A stretch of 64,000 nucleotides of DNA, taken from NCBI GenBank assembly GCA_016928235.1, contig JAFGLD010000205.1:1348-65347 (forward strand). The letters run 5' to 3'. Made by a program: the position numbers and the translations under genes. The DNA is from Anaerolineae bacterium (lineage in GTDB: Bacteria; Chloroflexota; Anaerolineae; Aggregatilineales; UBA3940). Of the stretch, positions 1-10,409 are shown piece by piece. The stretch's first letter is position 1, and the number at the start of each line of letters is the position of its first letter. Below the pieces are notes generated by a model. The model made no database searches and had not been told where the DNA came from. It worked only from the letters and a program-made list of their open reading frames with translations.

Positions 1-909
1 ATGCCCGCACTCAGCGATGACCTCTAGCTGAGCGCCAGGGATCTTTCCGGCCAGATCCTCGTTCGCCGCTGTGCCCAGCACGCGATCATCATTCCCTGTG
101 ATGACAAGGGTTGGCACAGTGATGGCCTGGGCATCCAGTATCGTTTCGAAGGGCTTGGCCGCTGCCAGCAACTCCCACAGACCCCGATCCCAGTTTTGGA
201 TGTGCAGCATGGCCATATAGGCATCGGTATCTTCCACCTGAATTCGGGACGGATCGTGCCAGGATTTGGCATACAGCTCCATGCCAAACTGCTCCACCTG
301 ACTTCGCAAAAACAGCGGTCCCAGACGGCGCATCTGAGGAGTGGCAAACAACCAACGTATCGCATCAGGAAATCCATGGCTGGTTTGTGCCGGCGCGGCC
401 AAAATCAGCGCCTGCACCCGATCGGGATGGCGCTGTGCCGTGAGCATAGCAATCGATCCTCCCATTGAGTTCCCCACCAATATCGCCTGTGAGATGTTCA
501 GCTCATCCATCAAGCCGATCAGAATGGCCACCTGCGATTCATAGCTGTACGGACTTTCACCCTCCCACTCACCTGGCATGGGGCGAGATGACAGGCCAAA
601 TGGCGGCCGATCATAGGCGATGACCGTGCCTATCCTGGCCAGTGACTCGATGACCTCGTGCCAGGTGTACGTATTGGCCAATGTGCCGTGGAGCAGAATA
701 AAAACAGGCTCCCCCTGACCATAGCGTTCGTAGTGAATACTCACGCCGTTGATGGTCATGAATCGGCTATCGGGCCCGGCGAGAGCCTGCGGAGCCACGG
801 AACCCGGAACCGACTGATAGGGTATCAGCAGCGGGCCAACCAGGCCGAACAGCATCGCGATTGCCGCCACCACCCCAAACCACTTTATAAACCGATTTCT
901 TCTTGTCAT
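1..909 (-). CDS. Alpha/beta hydrolase with N-terminal membrane anchor (3' end runs off the window)
   Basis: Not in the ORF track. Manual translation from ATG at 909 (AGGA upstream): MTRRNRFIKWFGVVAAIAMLFGLVG...FILLHGTLAN...IAYDRPPFGLS...LVGNSMGG (GxSxG elbow). Confidence 0.85.
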   Translation of the reverse strand, partial: MTRRNRFIKWFGVVAAIAMLFGLVGPLLIPYQSVPGSVAPQALAGPDSRFMTINGVSIHYERYGQGEPVFILLHGTLANTYTWHEVIESLARIGTVIAYDRPPFGLSSRPMPGEWEGESPYSYESQVAILIGLMDELNISQAILVGNSMGGSIAMLTAQRHPDRVQALILAAPAQTSHGFPDAIRWLFATPQMRRLGPLFLRSQVEQFGMELYAKSWHDPSRIQVEDTDAYMAMLHIQNWDRGLWELLAAAKPFETILDAQAITVPTLVITGNDDRVLGTAANEDLAGKIPGAQLEVIAECGH

Positions 910-1230
910 AGCTTTCCTGAACCTGTGATTGTTTTTGGAGGGCTCGGCTGAATGCAAGCAACAAAGCAGCCCAGCTTCCAGAGGCTTTACTATGGCGAAT
1001 CGTACAATGCTCCGGCGGTCCTGTCTTGACGAAAAGCGCATTGGGGATTGATGTTTCGCGTAATGCTGGTGAACGGCAGATATATCGGCGTACTGAGTAT
1101 CGATTGCTTGTGGAGCCTGGCAGACACACCTGAGTGCTTGACGCCAGAGCTGTTCGCTGATATCGTGCTATGAAAGAGTGGCCAATCTATTCATCATGGA
1201 TGGCTTGTCACGCATCATCGCTTTTGAGGA

Positions 1231-1980
1231 ATGACTGTTATGCTCAATGTACTGCTGGTTGAAGACAATCTGCGACTTCAAGAGGCCTTGGCTGCGGGTT
1301 TCATTGCTACAGGCAGGGTGTCGATTGCCGGGACATGTACATCCGGCGAAGATGCCTTGAGTTTCTGTTTGGGCGGCAATCCGGTCGATGCCATCCTGAT
1401 GGATGTCGCGCTGGCGGGCGATATGAACGGCATTGAGGCAGCAGTGGCCATCCGGCGCGAGTTTCCGCGTATGCCGGTGGTCTTCTACTCGATCCAGGAT
1501 GACGATGATTACTACCGAGCCTTCCGCAAATCGGGTATCCTGAGCCACTATGCATATGTCAGAAAATCGAACTACCTGCTGCCGGAGATGATCCTTCCCC
1601 TATTGGAGGATGCTGCCGCCGGGCGCAGCTTGATCGATCCCGATATTGAGACGCGCGTGCACGAAGTCCGCCACATGGATGAGCAGTCGCCGATGGCCTT
1701 GCTGGAGCCCAACGAGCAGGCCGTCGCCCGGATGCTGGCTCAAGGCATGACCAACGAGCAGATCGCCGCGCGGCTGGGTTTCCAGGATAAGCGCACTATC
1801 AGCCGCACCAATGGCCAGATTTACGCTGCTTGGGGTCTGGCTGCCACAGCCACCGACGAGAAGACAGCCCGGGCACGGGCCGCCATCATCGTCCACACCG
1901 GACGCCTGATACAGTGGGATGAAGACGGCACCGCTCGCGTTCTCGATGAGCGTGGCCAATGGATTGAATGGGAAGGATAG
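1231..1980 (+). CDS. NarL/FixJ-type response regulator (REC + LuxR-like HTH)
   Basis: VLLVEDN, ILMDV phospho-Asp, MNGIE, AYVRK; C-terminal LAQGMTNEQIAARL. Confidence 0.9.
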   Translation: MTVMLNVLLVEDNLRLQEALAAGFIATGRVSIAGTCTSGEDALSFCLGGNPVDAILMDVALAGDMNGIEAAVAIRREFPRMPVVFYSIQDDDDYYRAFRKSGILSHYAYVRKSNYLLPEMILPLLEDAAAGRSLIDPDIETRVHEVRHMDEQSPMALLEPNEQAVARMLAQGMTNEQIAARLGFQDKRTISRTNGQIYAAWGLAATATDEKTARARAAIIVHTGRLIQWDEDGTARVLDERGQWIEWEG

Positions 1981-2036
1981 ATTTCAGACCACAGATTTCT
2001 AAGGAAGCACAAAGAGTGTTCTGGCGGATATAGCTG

Positions 2037-2100
2037 TTACTGATCACTGAGAACTGATCACTGAGAACTGTAGTTACTCATCACCCATCACCCATCACTG
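2037..2100 (+). repeat. Short heptamer tandem repeats (STRR-like)
   Basis: actgatc-actgaga-actgatc-actgaga and tcatcac-ccatcac-ccatcac. Confidence 0.7.
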
Positions 2101-2116
2101 CTTTTGAGGACTTTCC

Positions 2117-4246
2117 ATGACCGGCATTCTGCTTCTTGATTGGGCCCTTCTGTCCGTCTCGCTGTTCGATACCATCTTGCCCTTGTGGCTGGGCCTGACC
2201 ATCTTGCTTAACGCCGACCGGCGCAGCTGGGGTGTGTGGGTGATGGGCGGTGGGTTGGTGACGGCTTCAGGTTTCTTTGTCAGCCATACAGCTATCTTGG
2301 GTGGAATGTTATCCTTGAGCAGCCAGGCGCTCGATTTCTGGTGGCATGTGGGCTGGATACCGATCGTCATCTCTCCCTATGCCTGGTATGTGGTGACATT
2401 GTGGTATACCGGATTCTGGAATGATAAACAGTCACCGCTGCGCCGGCGGCACATGCCCTGGCTGGTACTCTCCGGCGGTCTGGGGATGTTCTTCTTTGCG
2501 CTGATGATTGCCATCAGCCCCTTGCCCTCTTACACGCAGATTGCTCAGTTCGACCTGTCATCGGCCTGGATGATCGGGCCGATGCCGCTGGTGTTCATCG
2601 TTTTCCCGATCTTCATCGTGCTGTGTATCTTGCTGTCCATCGACGCGCTGCTGCGCCCGTCACCGTCCGACCGGTTGATGGGTGAACTGGCCCGCCGGCG
2701 TACCCGCCCCTGGTTGATCGGCACGGCAACGATGCTGCTGGTGGTCAGCCTGCTCGTGACGGCTTTTGTGTGGTGGGTGGTGAGCAGTACCCGCGAAGGT
2801 ACACCGCTCATTGTCAGGCTGCTCACCGCCAACTCGGCTATCTGGTTCGACCTGCTGCTGGCGACGCTGATTGCCGTCACGGTGGTCCTGTTGGGGCAGG
2901 GGATCGTCTCTTATGAGGTGTTCACCGGCAAGACTCTGCCGCGCCGGGGATTCTTCAGGCATTGGCGCAGCGCCGTCATTCTGGCAGGAGGATACTCGAT
3001 AGTGATCGGTCTGGGGGTAGCTGGTGGTCTGCGACCTATCTATACCCTGCTGATCACGGCCGTGCTGATGATGGTCTTCTATGCCCTGTTTAGCTGGCGA
3101 TCCTTTGTCGAGCGTGAAGAGTTTATGGCGCGGCTGAGGCCCTTCGTGAGCAGCCAGCATCTCTACCAGCACCTGATCGAGCCGCAGAGTGAGGCGGGCA
3201 AACGTGCCACGGGATTGTTCGATGCGCTGTGTCGCGATGTGCTCAGTGCGCGCCGGGCGCAGTTGGTACCGGCAGGCGTGCTGGCGCCCCTGGCCGGGCC
3301 ACCGCTAGTCTATCCGGCGGGCGAACCCGTTCCGCAGCTCTCCCTGCCGGCCAATCTCTTCGCCGAGACACGAAACGAAGTTTCGTCGATGGGCTTTGCC
3401 GCCATCGACCCGTCGCTGCATGGTGGGTACCATTGGGCGATCGCGCTGGTCACCGAGCGCGGACTGGTTGGCATGTTGGCGCTCGACGTGAAATGGGACG
3501 GCGGCCTGTACACCCAGGAAGAGATCGAGATCGCCCAGGCCAGTGGCGAGCGGCTGGTTGACATGCTGGCCGGTGAGGAGATGGCGCGCCGCCTGATGGC
3601 GCTCCAGCGGCGGCGGCTGGCCGAGACCCAGGTGGCCGATCGACGCACGCGCCGCACCCTGCACGATGAAGTATTGCCCGATCTGCATGCCGCCGTGCTC
3701 AGCCTGAGTAGCTTACCCGGCAAAGAGCCCACCGTGCGAGCCACCATCCAATCGCTGGTCGATATGCACCATCGGGTATCCGACCTGATCCGCACGCTGC
3801 CCGGCAAAGCCTCGCAGGTCAGGCGAGATACCAATCTACTGGAGACCCTGCGCGAGATGGTCGAGGATGAATTCGCCGGGGAGTTCACGTCGATTGCCTG
3901 GCAGTCCCCACCGGGCCTGCCCCGGCTGGAGCCTTTTGCCCAGGAGGTGATCTACTATGCCGTGCGCGAGGCCGTCCGCAACGCTGCGCTGCATGGCCGT
4001 GGCGACGATCCGGGGCGACCGCTCAAATTGAGCATCGACGTCACCTGCAACAGCGAGCTGTCGATTGCCGTCACCGACGATGGCGTCGGGATCAGCTACC
4101 TGCCGCAGCCGTCACCCGCGGGCGGGGCAGGCGAAGGCCTGGCGCTGCACAGCACCATGCTGGCGATTGTCGGCGGCACGCTGATCGCCGAGCCCGCCGG
4201 GGAGCACGGCACGAGGGTGATCGTCAGGTTGCCGGTGGTGAAATAA
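2117..4246 (+). CDS. Multi-TM sensor histidine kinase (HisKA_3-like + HATPase_c)
   Basis: About 9 hydrophobic segments, GAF-like region, LHDEVLP H-box, REAVRNAALH N-box, DDGVG, GEGL. Confidence 0.88.
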   Translation: MTGILLLDWALLSVSLFDTILPLWLGLTILLNADRRSWGVWVMGGGLVTASGFFVSHTAILGGMLSLSSQALDFWWHVGWIPIVISPYAWYVVTLWYTGFWNDKQSPLRRRHMPWLVLSGGLGMFFFALMIAISPLPSYTQIAQFDLSSAWMIGPMPLVFIVFPIFIVLCILLSIDALLRPSPSDRLMGELARRRTRPWLIGTATMLLVVSLLVTAFVWWVVSSTREGTPLIVRLLTANSAIWFDLLLATLIAVTVVLLGQGIVSYEVFTGKTLPRRGFFRHWRSAVILAGGYSIVIGLGVAGGLRPIYTLLITAVLMMVFYALFSWRSFVEREEFMARLRPFVSSQHLYQHLIEPQSEAGKRATGLFDALCRDVLSARRAQLVPAGVLAPLAGPPLVYPAGEPVPQLSLPANLFAETRNEVSSMGFAAIDPSLHGGYHWAIALVTERGLVGMLALDVKWDGGLYTQEEIEIAQASGERLVDMLAGEEMARRLMALQRRRLAETQVADRRTRRTLHDEVLPDLHAAVLSLSSLPGKEPTVRATIQSLVDMHHRVSDLIRTLPGKASQVRRDTNLLETLREMVEDEFAGEFTSIAWQSPPGLPRLEPFAQEVIYYAVREAVRNAALHGRGDDPGRPLKLSIDVTCNSELSIAVTDDGVGISYLPQPSPAGGAGEGLALHSTMLAIVGGTLIAEPAGEHGTRVIVRLPVVK

Positions 4247-4252
4247 ATCCAA

Positions 4253-4302
4253 AGACCTCACCAATTTCCAAATGAACGTCAGTTCATCAACCTGTGAGGT
4301 CT
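4253..4302. repeat. REP-like nested palindrome
   Basis: AGACCTCAC...GTGAGGTCT arms enclosing ATGAAC-gtca-GTTCAT. Confidence 0.6.
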
Positions 4303-4323
4303 AATGGGAGAGTAGAGAAGCAG

Positions 4324-4827
4324 ATGAAAACCTTGCAAACCGATAAGACGTTCAAAATCCTAAGCATAACAGTTTATCTCCCAATGTTTCTATGTGCTGT
4401 TATGTGCTTTTTATTGTTGGGAGTACCGGTAATTAAAAAATGGAGAGACGAGACCTATTTCTTCAACCATCAAGAACAGTTCGAACAGTTGGTAAATCTG
4501 GCAGAACAATATTCCGGTTGCGAGACGAGTATATGCTATGAGCCGCTGCCGGAGTTTGTTCAGCTCGGTTTCAACCATGGTAGTCGGAGTCATTGGTTAC
4601 TGTGTCATAGCAATAAGCTCGATTTCTTTGCACTATCCACTCCATCTGACAATTACTATGTGTACTCACCCGATCCGGATTTTCCAAATTCTCCTACATG
4701 CGGATCTCGTCTCTTAGGACTTGACCGGCTAGATGGACACTGGTTCTTTTCCACAGGGTTTGGCGCGACTGGCCCGTGTTTTTTTGTTTGTGAGATCAAA
4801 GAACAGGTCATGTCTGCTCCCGGTTGA
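4324..4827 (+). CDS. Hypothetical membrane-anchored Cys-rich protein, lower GC
   Basis: One N-terminal hydrophobic segment, several Cys, no recognised motif. Confidence 0.6.
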   Translation: MKTLQTDKTFKILSITVYLPMFLCAVMCFLLLGVPVIKKWRDETYFFNHQEQFEQLVNLAEQYSGCETSICYEPLPEFVQLGFNHGSRSHWLLCHSNKLDFFALSTPSDNYYVYSPDPDFPNSPTCGSRLLGLDRLDGHWFFSTGFGATGPCFFVCEIKEQVMSAPG

Positions 4828-4890
4828 GCCTGCTGAGGAGCGCAGGGCGAGGATAATCGTTACGCTGCCGATGAAGGGGTAGTGGAAACC

Positions 4891-4977
4891 CGCATAGTGG
4901 TGTTCAATATCAGCGGCAACAAGTACTGGCTCATCGCCGCTATTCACTATCAATCGACAATTTGGCATGGTTCATAA
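4891..4977 (+). pseudogene. higB: HigB-family toxin (mRNA interferase) C-terminal remnant
   Basis: Translates RIVVFNISGNKYWLIAAIHYQ, matching the HigB VFNIxGNKYRLI..I.Y motif; no start codon or N-terminus. Confidence 0.7.
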
Positions 4978-5368
4978 TCGCGAAAAACAGGTTTACAAAA
5001 TCGTGATCACTTGTGGTATGATTAGCGGCAATCCAGGGTAACAATCCCCGTGGACCACAACTGAATTTGACCCAGTGCTTCTTTCAAAGCGTTCTTTATG
5101 TGCTTGTTCCCTATTCCCCAAGTGTAACCAAATTTGTAAAGATGCCTCTCGCTTCAGCAACAAGGTTATTGAAACATGCCGATATTTAGAATCCATACTT
5201 CTGTCCCCAACCTTGGTATGGTCTCAGCCATAGTATCTCACTGTACACTATCGAAAAATCAACGGTGATCAGCAAATATTGGCGATCACATTTCTGATTC
5301 TTTGACTCAGAGCCAAGGTGAAATCTGTATGGTCAGTTGTAAAGTAATCCTGAAATCAGCGTGAAACT

Positions 5369-7615
5369 ATGGTTTTTCAAAACCTTCTCCGAAGAAAAGG
5401 TCGTACATTGTTGGCTGTACTGGGGATCGGCATTGGTGTCGCGGCAATCGTGGCGCTGGGAACCCTGGCCGATGGACTCTCAGTGGGCTATACATCTGTG
5501 CTGAGTGGTAGTGATGCCGATCTGGTCATCAGCGAGCCCGATGCTTACGATATCCTCTACAGCACCGTTGATGAAGGGATGAGCCTTGCGTTGCAAGACA
5601 TGCCGGAGATTGCCGCCACGAGCGCGCTCATCCAGGGGATGATCCAAACCGACAAATCACCCTATTTCTTCGTCTTTGCGTACAGCGAGGACAGCTTTGT
5701 CTTTGAGCGTTTCAATATCATCGAAGGCGTCGACCTCTACTCGCGAGAATCGCGCGAGAAAAGCGGTCGCCCGATGCTGCTTGGGGCAGCCGCTGCCGAA
5801 TCTTTTGATAAAGGCGTGGGTGATACTATGCGTCTAGGTGGCAGTATGTACCGGATTATCGGTATTTACGAGACCGGCGAAGCTTTTGAGGAGGGCGGGG
5901 CTGTACTACGTATCGACGATGCCCAGTTGCTGTTAGGAATGCCAAATCAGGTCAGCGCATATTATATTCAACTCGGTGAGCGCATGACCGACCCGGAGCG
6001 TGTGGAGAGACTGAAGAGACGCATTGAGACCCATTATCCCAATATCTCGATCAGCACCACCGAAGATCTGGCAAGCAGCACCACGATGTCAGAGGCTATT
6101 GAGGCCATGGTTTGGAGCATAGCCGCACTGGCTATTCTGATTGGCGGGATCAGCATGATGAATTCTCAATTGATGTCTGTCCTGGAGCGTACCCGCGAGA
6201 TTGGTATTTTGCGGGCAGTCGGCTGGAGTAGCTGGCGCGTGATGTGGTTGATTCTTTCCGAATCGATCATGGTTGGCCTGCTGGGAGGCATACTTGGTAT
6301 TGGCCTGGGCTGGGGAGTGCTGCGAGCTTTTTCCGGCATGCTTATCATGTTTGGCGCCGCGGCCGATCCGCAGACTACTCAGATCGTACAAGCTCTAATG
6401 GTGGTGCTTGTTTTAGGCGTTCTAGGCGGTGTTTATCCGGCTTATCGAGCCTCACAGCTCCAGCCTATCGAGGCACTGCGTTACGAAGATGGATCCGGTG
6501 GCGGTTCTACGCGGTTGCTGATCGGCGGAATGGCGACACGCAACTTGTGGCGACGCAAGACTCGCACCCTGATGACCCTGGGGGTAATCGGTATCACCAT
6601 TGGCGCGATTACGCTCTTGAATGTTGTACTCGACGGTACCGAGGGTCTGGTCGGCGATATGTTCGGTGGTGCTGAGATTGTGGTGCGTGAAGCTGATGTA
6701 GCTGATACCAGCATGTCGTTTGTCGATCAATCTGTTGGGGACAATATCGCGCGTCTGCCCGGCGTCGAAGGTACCAGTGGCATCTTATTCACTGCCACCA
6801 TGTCCGAGCAGTTTGGCATGTTCCTCATCTTGGGGTATGACATACGCCAATCGGCCATACAAGATTTTACCATAGTCGAAGGTCAGGCCATCCGCAATAA
6901 TGGGCAGATCATGATCGGCAAGCAGATGGCAGACGCCCAAAATATTCGGGTGGGTCAAACGCTTGAGCTTGGTAAGATACGCTATCGTGTAACCGGCATT
7001 TACGGTCATAGTATCTCGGCTTATGAGCTGGGTGGGGTGATTACCCTGCGCGATGCTCAAAACTTCATGGGACGGCCACGCAAGGTCACCTTCTTTTTAA
7101 TCGATCTGGTGGATCCTGGGCAAGCTGATGCACTGGTAGAGAGCATCAATGCCGGCATTCCTGAAGTCCATGCTGCCGTGGCTGCTGATTTTGCCAGGCA
7201 GGCTCCTGACATGCAGGCATCACAAGGAATGTCGGACGGCATTGCGCTGCTGGCCATCGTAGTGGGTGGAATTGGTGTGATGAATACGATGCTCATGGCT
7301 GTACTCGAGCGCACCCGTGAGATCGGGACGTTGCGTGCCCTAGGCTGGACACGTCGTGCTATCGTCGGGCTGATCCTGCGTGAAGCCGGAATACTTGGTT
7401 TCGCAGGTGGCATCACCGGGATTTTGATTGCCTTTGGGCTTTACCGCCTGTTGCTTCTAATACCGACCTACGGCTCCATGCTCCCGGTTAATTGGACGGT
7501 CGAGGCATTTGCCTATTCAATTGGTTCTGCGATTGTGTTGGGTTTGCTGGGCGGCTTATACCCGGCCCTACGGGCTACTCGCATGCAGCCCATCGAGGCA
7601 CTGCGGTATGAATAA
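5369..7615 (+). CDS. ABC3 permease with two tandem MacB-PCD/FtsX modules
   Basis: NLxRRKxRT twice, SVLERTREIGILRAVGW and AVLERTREIGTLRALGW, PIEALRYE twice. Confidence 0.92.
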   Translation: MVFQNLLRRKGRTLLAVLGIGIGVAAIVALGTLADGLSVGYTSVLSGSDADLVISEPDAYDILYSTVDEGMSLALQDMPEIAATSALIQGMIQTDKSPYFFVFAYSEDSFVFERFNIIEGVDLYSRESREKSGRPMLLGAAAAESFDKGVGDTMRLGGSMYRIIGIYETGEAFEEGGAVLRIDDAQLLLGMPNQVSAYYIQLGERMTDPERVERLKRRIETHYPNISISTTEDLASSTTMSEAIEAMVWSIAALAILIGGISMMNSQLMSVLERTREIGILRAVGWSSWRVMWLILSESIMVGLLGGILGIGLGWGVLRAFSGMLIMFGAAADPQTTQIVQALMVVLVLGVLGGVYPAYRASQLQPIEALRYEDGSGGGSTRLLIGGMATRNLWRRKTRTLMTLGVIGITIGAITLLNVVLDGTEGLVGDMFGGAEIVVREADVADTSMSFVDQSVGDNIARLPGVEGTSGILFTATMSEQFGMFLILGYDIRQSAIQDFTIVEGQAIRNNGQIMIGKQMADAQNIRVGQTLELGKIRYRVTGIYGHSISAYELGGVITLRDAQNFMGRPRKVTFFLIDLVDPGQADALVESINAGIPEVHAAVAADFARQAPDMQASQGMSDGIALLAIVVGGIGVMNTMLMAVLERTREIGTLRALGWTRRAIVGLILREAGILGFAGGITGILIAFGLYRLLLLIPTYGSMLPVNWTVEAFAYSIGSAIVLGLLGGLYPALRATRMQPIEALRYE

Positions 7616-7731
7616 GGGATATGGGATATAGAGCAGGGTAATTGGGCGATTGTTTGAATGGTTATCGGATGTTTACACGACAGATTATAAATCGGTTACC
7701 GGGAAGCCAATCCCAAAGTGATGGTAGAGAT

Positions 7732-8556
7732 ATGACACAGGAATTTGTAATCGAAACACATGAACTGACCAGAGTGTATGGGGATGGTGTGCCCATTCAC
7801 GCATTGAACAGTGTCAACTTACAGGTGAGACGCGGCGAACTGGTGGCCATCATGGGACCCAGCGGCAGTGGTAAGAGCACACTGCTCAATATGATCGGCG
7901 CACTCGATAAGCCGACCAGCGGGCGGGTTTATGTCAATGGGCGCGACCTGGCTACGGTGAAAAACAAGGACACCTTTCGCGGCAAGGAGATCGGGTTTAT
8001 TTTCCAGCTCCATAATCTAATCCCCACACTGACGGCCCGTGAGAACATCGAAATCCCCATGGTTGGGCATACCGGACCCGGTAAGCGCCGCAAGCGCGCT
8101 GAGGAGTTGCTCAGCATCGTTGGGCTGGGCGACCGGATGGGGCACCTGCCAAGCCAGCTCTCCGGTGGGCAACGGCAGCGAGTGGCAGTTGCGCGCGCAT
8201 TGGCCAATCATCCCCCATTGGTCCTGGCCGACGAGCCTACCGGCAGCCTCGATTCGAAATCCGGGCAAGATCTGATGGATCTGATTCGTGATCTAAACGA
8301 GAGCCAGGGCACTACCTTCCTGATCGTGACACATGCCGAATCGGTGGCTCGTCAGACCGGCCGAATTATTGTGATGTCAGATGGGCAAATCATCCACGAG
8401 GATATCGTAGGAACACCATTGCAAGAAGATCTAAAAGTTTGGAAACACTCTGAGCTGGGCCAGATGATCCTCGAAGGAGGCTTACCACAAATCAGCGGCT
8501 TCGACCCATCACCGGATGAGTTGCGATCCCTGCAGCGGTTGCTGGGTCAGGGGTAA
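7732..8556 (+). CDS. ABC ATP-binding protein (LolD/MacB type)
   Basis: GPSGSGKS, LSGGQRQRV, LADEPTG. Confidence 0.93.
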   Translation: MTQEFVIETHELTRVYGDGVPIHALNSVNLQVRRGELVAIMGPSGSGKSTLLNMIGALDKPTSGRVYVNGRDLATVKNKDTFRGKEIGFIFQLHNLIPTLTARENIEIPMVGHTGPGKRRKRAEELLSIVGLGDRMGHLPSQLSGGQRQRVAVARALANHPPLVLADEPTGSLDSKSGQDLMDLIRDLNESQGTTFLIVTHAESVARQTGRIIVMSDGQIIHEDIVGTPLQEDLKVWKHSELGQMILEGGLPQISGFDPSPDELRSLQRLLGQG

Positions 8557-8621
8557 GCGGTTATTCCTAAGCAGCCGTTTGCCATACGCAAACAGTTTTT
8601 ACATGTTCCGTTTTATGGCTT

Positions 8622-8657
8622 ACCGGCAACTTTGCCTATGGTGCAAAGTTGCTGGTG
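8622..8657. repeat. REP-like palindrome / hairpin downstream of the ABC operon
   Basis: ACCGGCAACTTTGC...GCAAAGTTGCTGGT, 13/14 complementary. Confidence 0.55.
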
Positions 8658-9029
8658 TTATCGCATCAGGTTCTGGTCTCGTAGGATGGCCGGGTTCTGT
8701 TGCCATTTCCTCGTAGTAGCTGGAGCATCTTTTTCCCGTATAAACCTCAGCAGAACCAGATGTGCTCTCCCACGCGCATAACTCGGAGCCATCCTGGTTC
8801 GCTGTTCCTTGGCTGTTGAGGGCTTTCACCTTTGATACCTTGCCGGTTTTAATCGGCGATTCCCACCCAACTTACACAAACCACCCCAACCGACATCAGC
8901 CTCACGCTTCAACAAGCCCAATCATGCCATTTCCGGGTCGTACCGATACCTCGCAAAACCTATACATAAACATTTTAGTGAATTGCCACCTTTAAGATAT
9001 GGCGTTTTAGTAAAAATATCAGTAAAATA

Positions 9030-9058
9030 TTGACAAGCTCTCAGTTCTCTTTTATCAT
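9030..9058 (+). promoter_or_regulatory. Sigma70-type promoter of the mannan locus
   Basis: TTGACA-17 nt-TATCAT with AT-rich upstream sequence. Confidence 0.7.
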
Positions 9059-9287
9059 GAGGTTGTATAGGGCTTGTCTAGTCCAGGCTTCTTAATAGAA
9101 AATATTTGGCTCTAACCTGATTTATCAGCCCATGCTCGGTCAATTGGTCATAACAATTCCTGGATTCTGGAATAGAGGCATGTCCATCTTGGATGCGCGA
9201 CGTGCTAGTGCGCACTTCATGTTTGTCATGTTTGCCACACCAGAGACTTATCAATCTCCCTCCTACTTATAAACAAGGTCAAGCACC

Positions 9288-10295
9288 ATGACGCAAACTG
9301 CTTTACAGTCTTCAATTGTTGGTTCTGCATTACCGAATATTCCGTGGGAAGATCGAATCTCAGGCAGCAAAGACATCGTCTGGCGATACAGCCAAAACCC
9401 GATTATTCCTCATGACCTGATTCCTAGCTCCAATAGTATTTTCAACAGCGCCGTTGCGCCGTTTGGCGATGGCTTTGCTGGTGTCTTTCGTTGTGATGAC
9501 AAACGGCGGAATATGCAGCTTCACAGCGGCAAGAGCGCTGATGGTATTCATTGGACTCTCAAAGATGAGCGTATCGAGTGGCTTCCGGCTACACCTCAAA
9601 TCGAAGAGATCAACGATTTCCTGTACGGCTACGATCCGCGCGTGCACTGGATCGAAGATCGATATTATGTGACCTGGTGTAATGGATATCACGGTCCCAC
9701 GATTGGGGTAGGGTATACCTACGATTTTGAGACGTTTTACCAGATGGAGAATGCCTATCTTCCTTTTAATCGGAATGGTGTTCTCTTCCCTCGCAAGATC
9801 AACGGCAAGTATGCCATGCTAAACCGGCCTAGCGACAATGGCCACACGCCGTTTGGAGATATCTACTACAGTGAGAGCCCGGATTTGACGTATTGGGGCC
9901 GGCATCGCTTTGTTATGGGCACCACCTCGGGCTGGCAGAGCACCAAGATCGGCGCAGGCCCTATTCCTATCGAGACACGGGAAGGGTGGCTACTTTTTTA
10001 CCATGGTGTGCTCACCTCTTGCAATGGATTTGTCTATGGATTTGGCGCCGCTCTGCTCGATCTGGAGCAACCCTGGAAAGTAATCTCCCGGGGAGAACCA
10101 TACCTGCTGGCGCCTCAGGCTCCCTACGAGCGAACCGGAGATGTTCCTAATGTTGCTTTTCCCTGCGCAGCGCTGGCTGACGCAGCGACGGGCCGCCTAG
10201 CGATATACTACGGCGGTGCCGATACTGTGGTCTGTCTGGCGTTTGCTTATGTGGACGAGGTGCTCAACTTCGTCAAAGAAAACTCGATGGTTTGA
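9288..10295 (+). CDS. GH130 beta-mannoside phosphorylase (GH130_2-like)
   Basis: [65 protein letters not shown]. Confidence 0.9.
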   Translation: MTQTALQSSIVGSALPNIPWEDRISGSKDIVWRYSQNPIIPHDLIPSSNSIFNSAVAPFGDGFAGVFRCDDKRRNMQLHSGKSADGIHWTLKDERIEWLPATPQIEEINDFLYGYDPRVHWIEDRYYVTWCNGYHGPTIGVGYTYDFETFYQMENAYLPFNRNGVLFPRKINGKYAMLNRPSDNGHTPFGDIYYSESPDLTYWGRHRFVMGTTSGWQSTKIGAGPIPIETREGWLLFYHGVLTSCNGFVYGFGAALLDLEQPWKVISRGEPYLLAPQAPYERTGDVPNVAFPCAALADAATGRLAIYYGGADTVVCLAFAYVDEVLNFVKENSMV

Positions 10296-10409
10296 GCATT
10301 AGTGAAAGGAGAGAGCATCGACCAAGCCTGAATTCTTACTTGATTCGATGGATGTTTTAGAGATATGTGCAATATTCTCCACACGCGACCAAGAAGGAGG
10401 TACGTTTCA

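Noticed and set aside
4274-4285. LexA box GAAC-N4-GTTC
   Set aside because: Lies inside a REP-like nested hairpin and there is no SOS gene context
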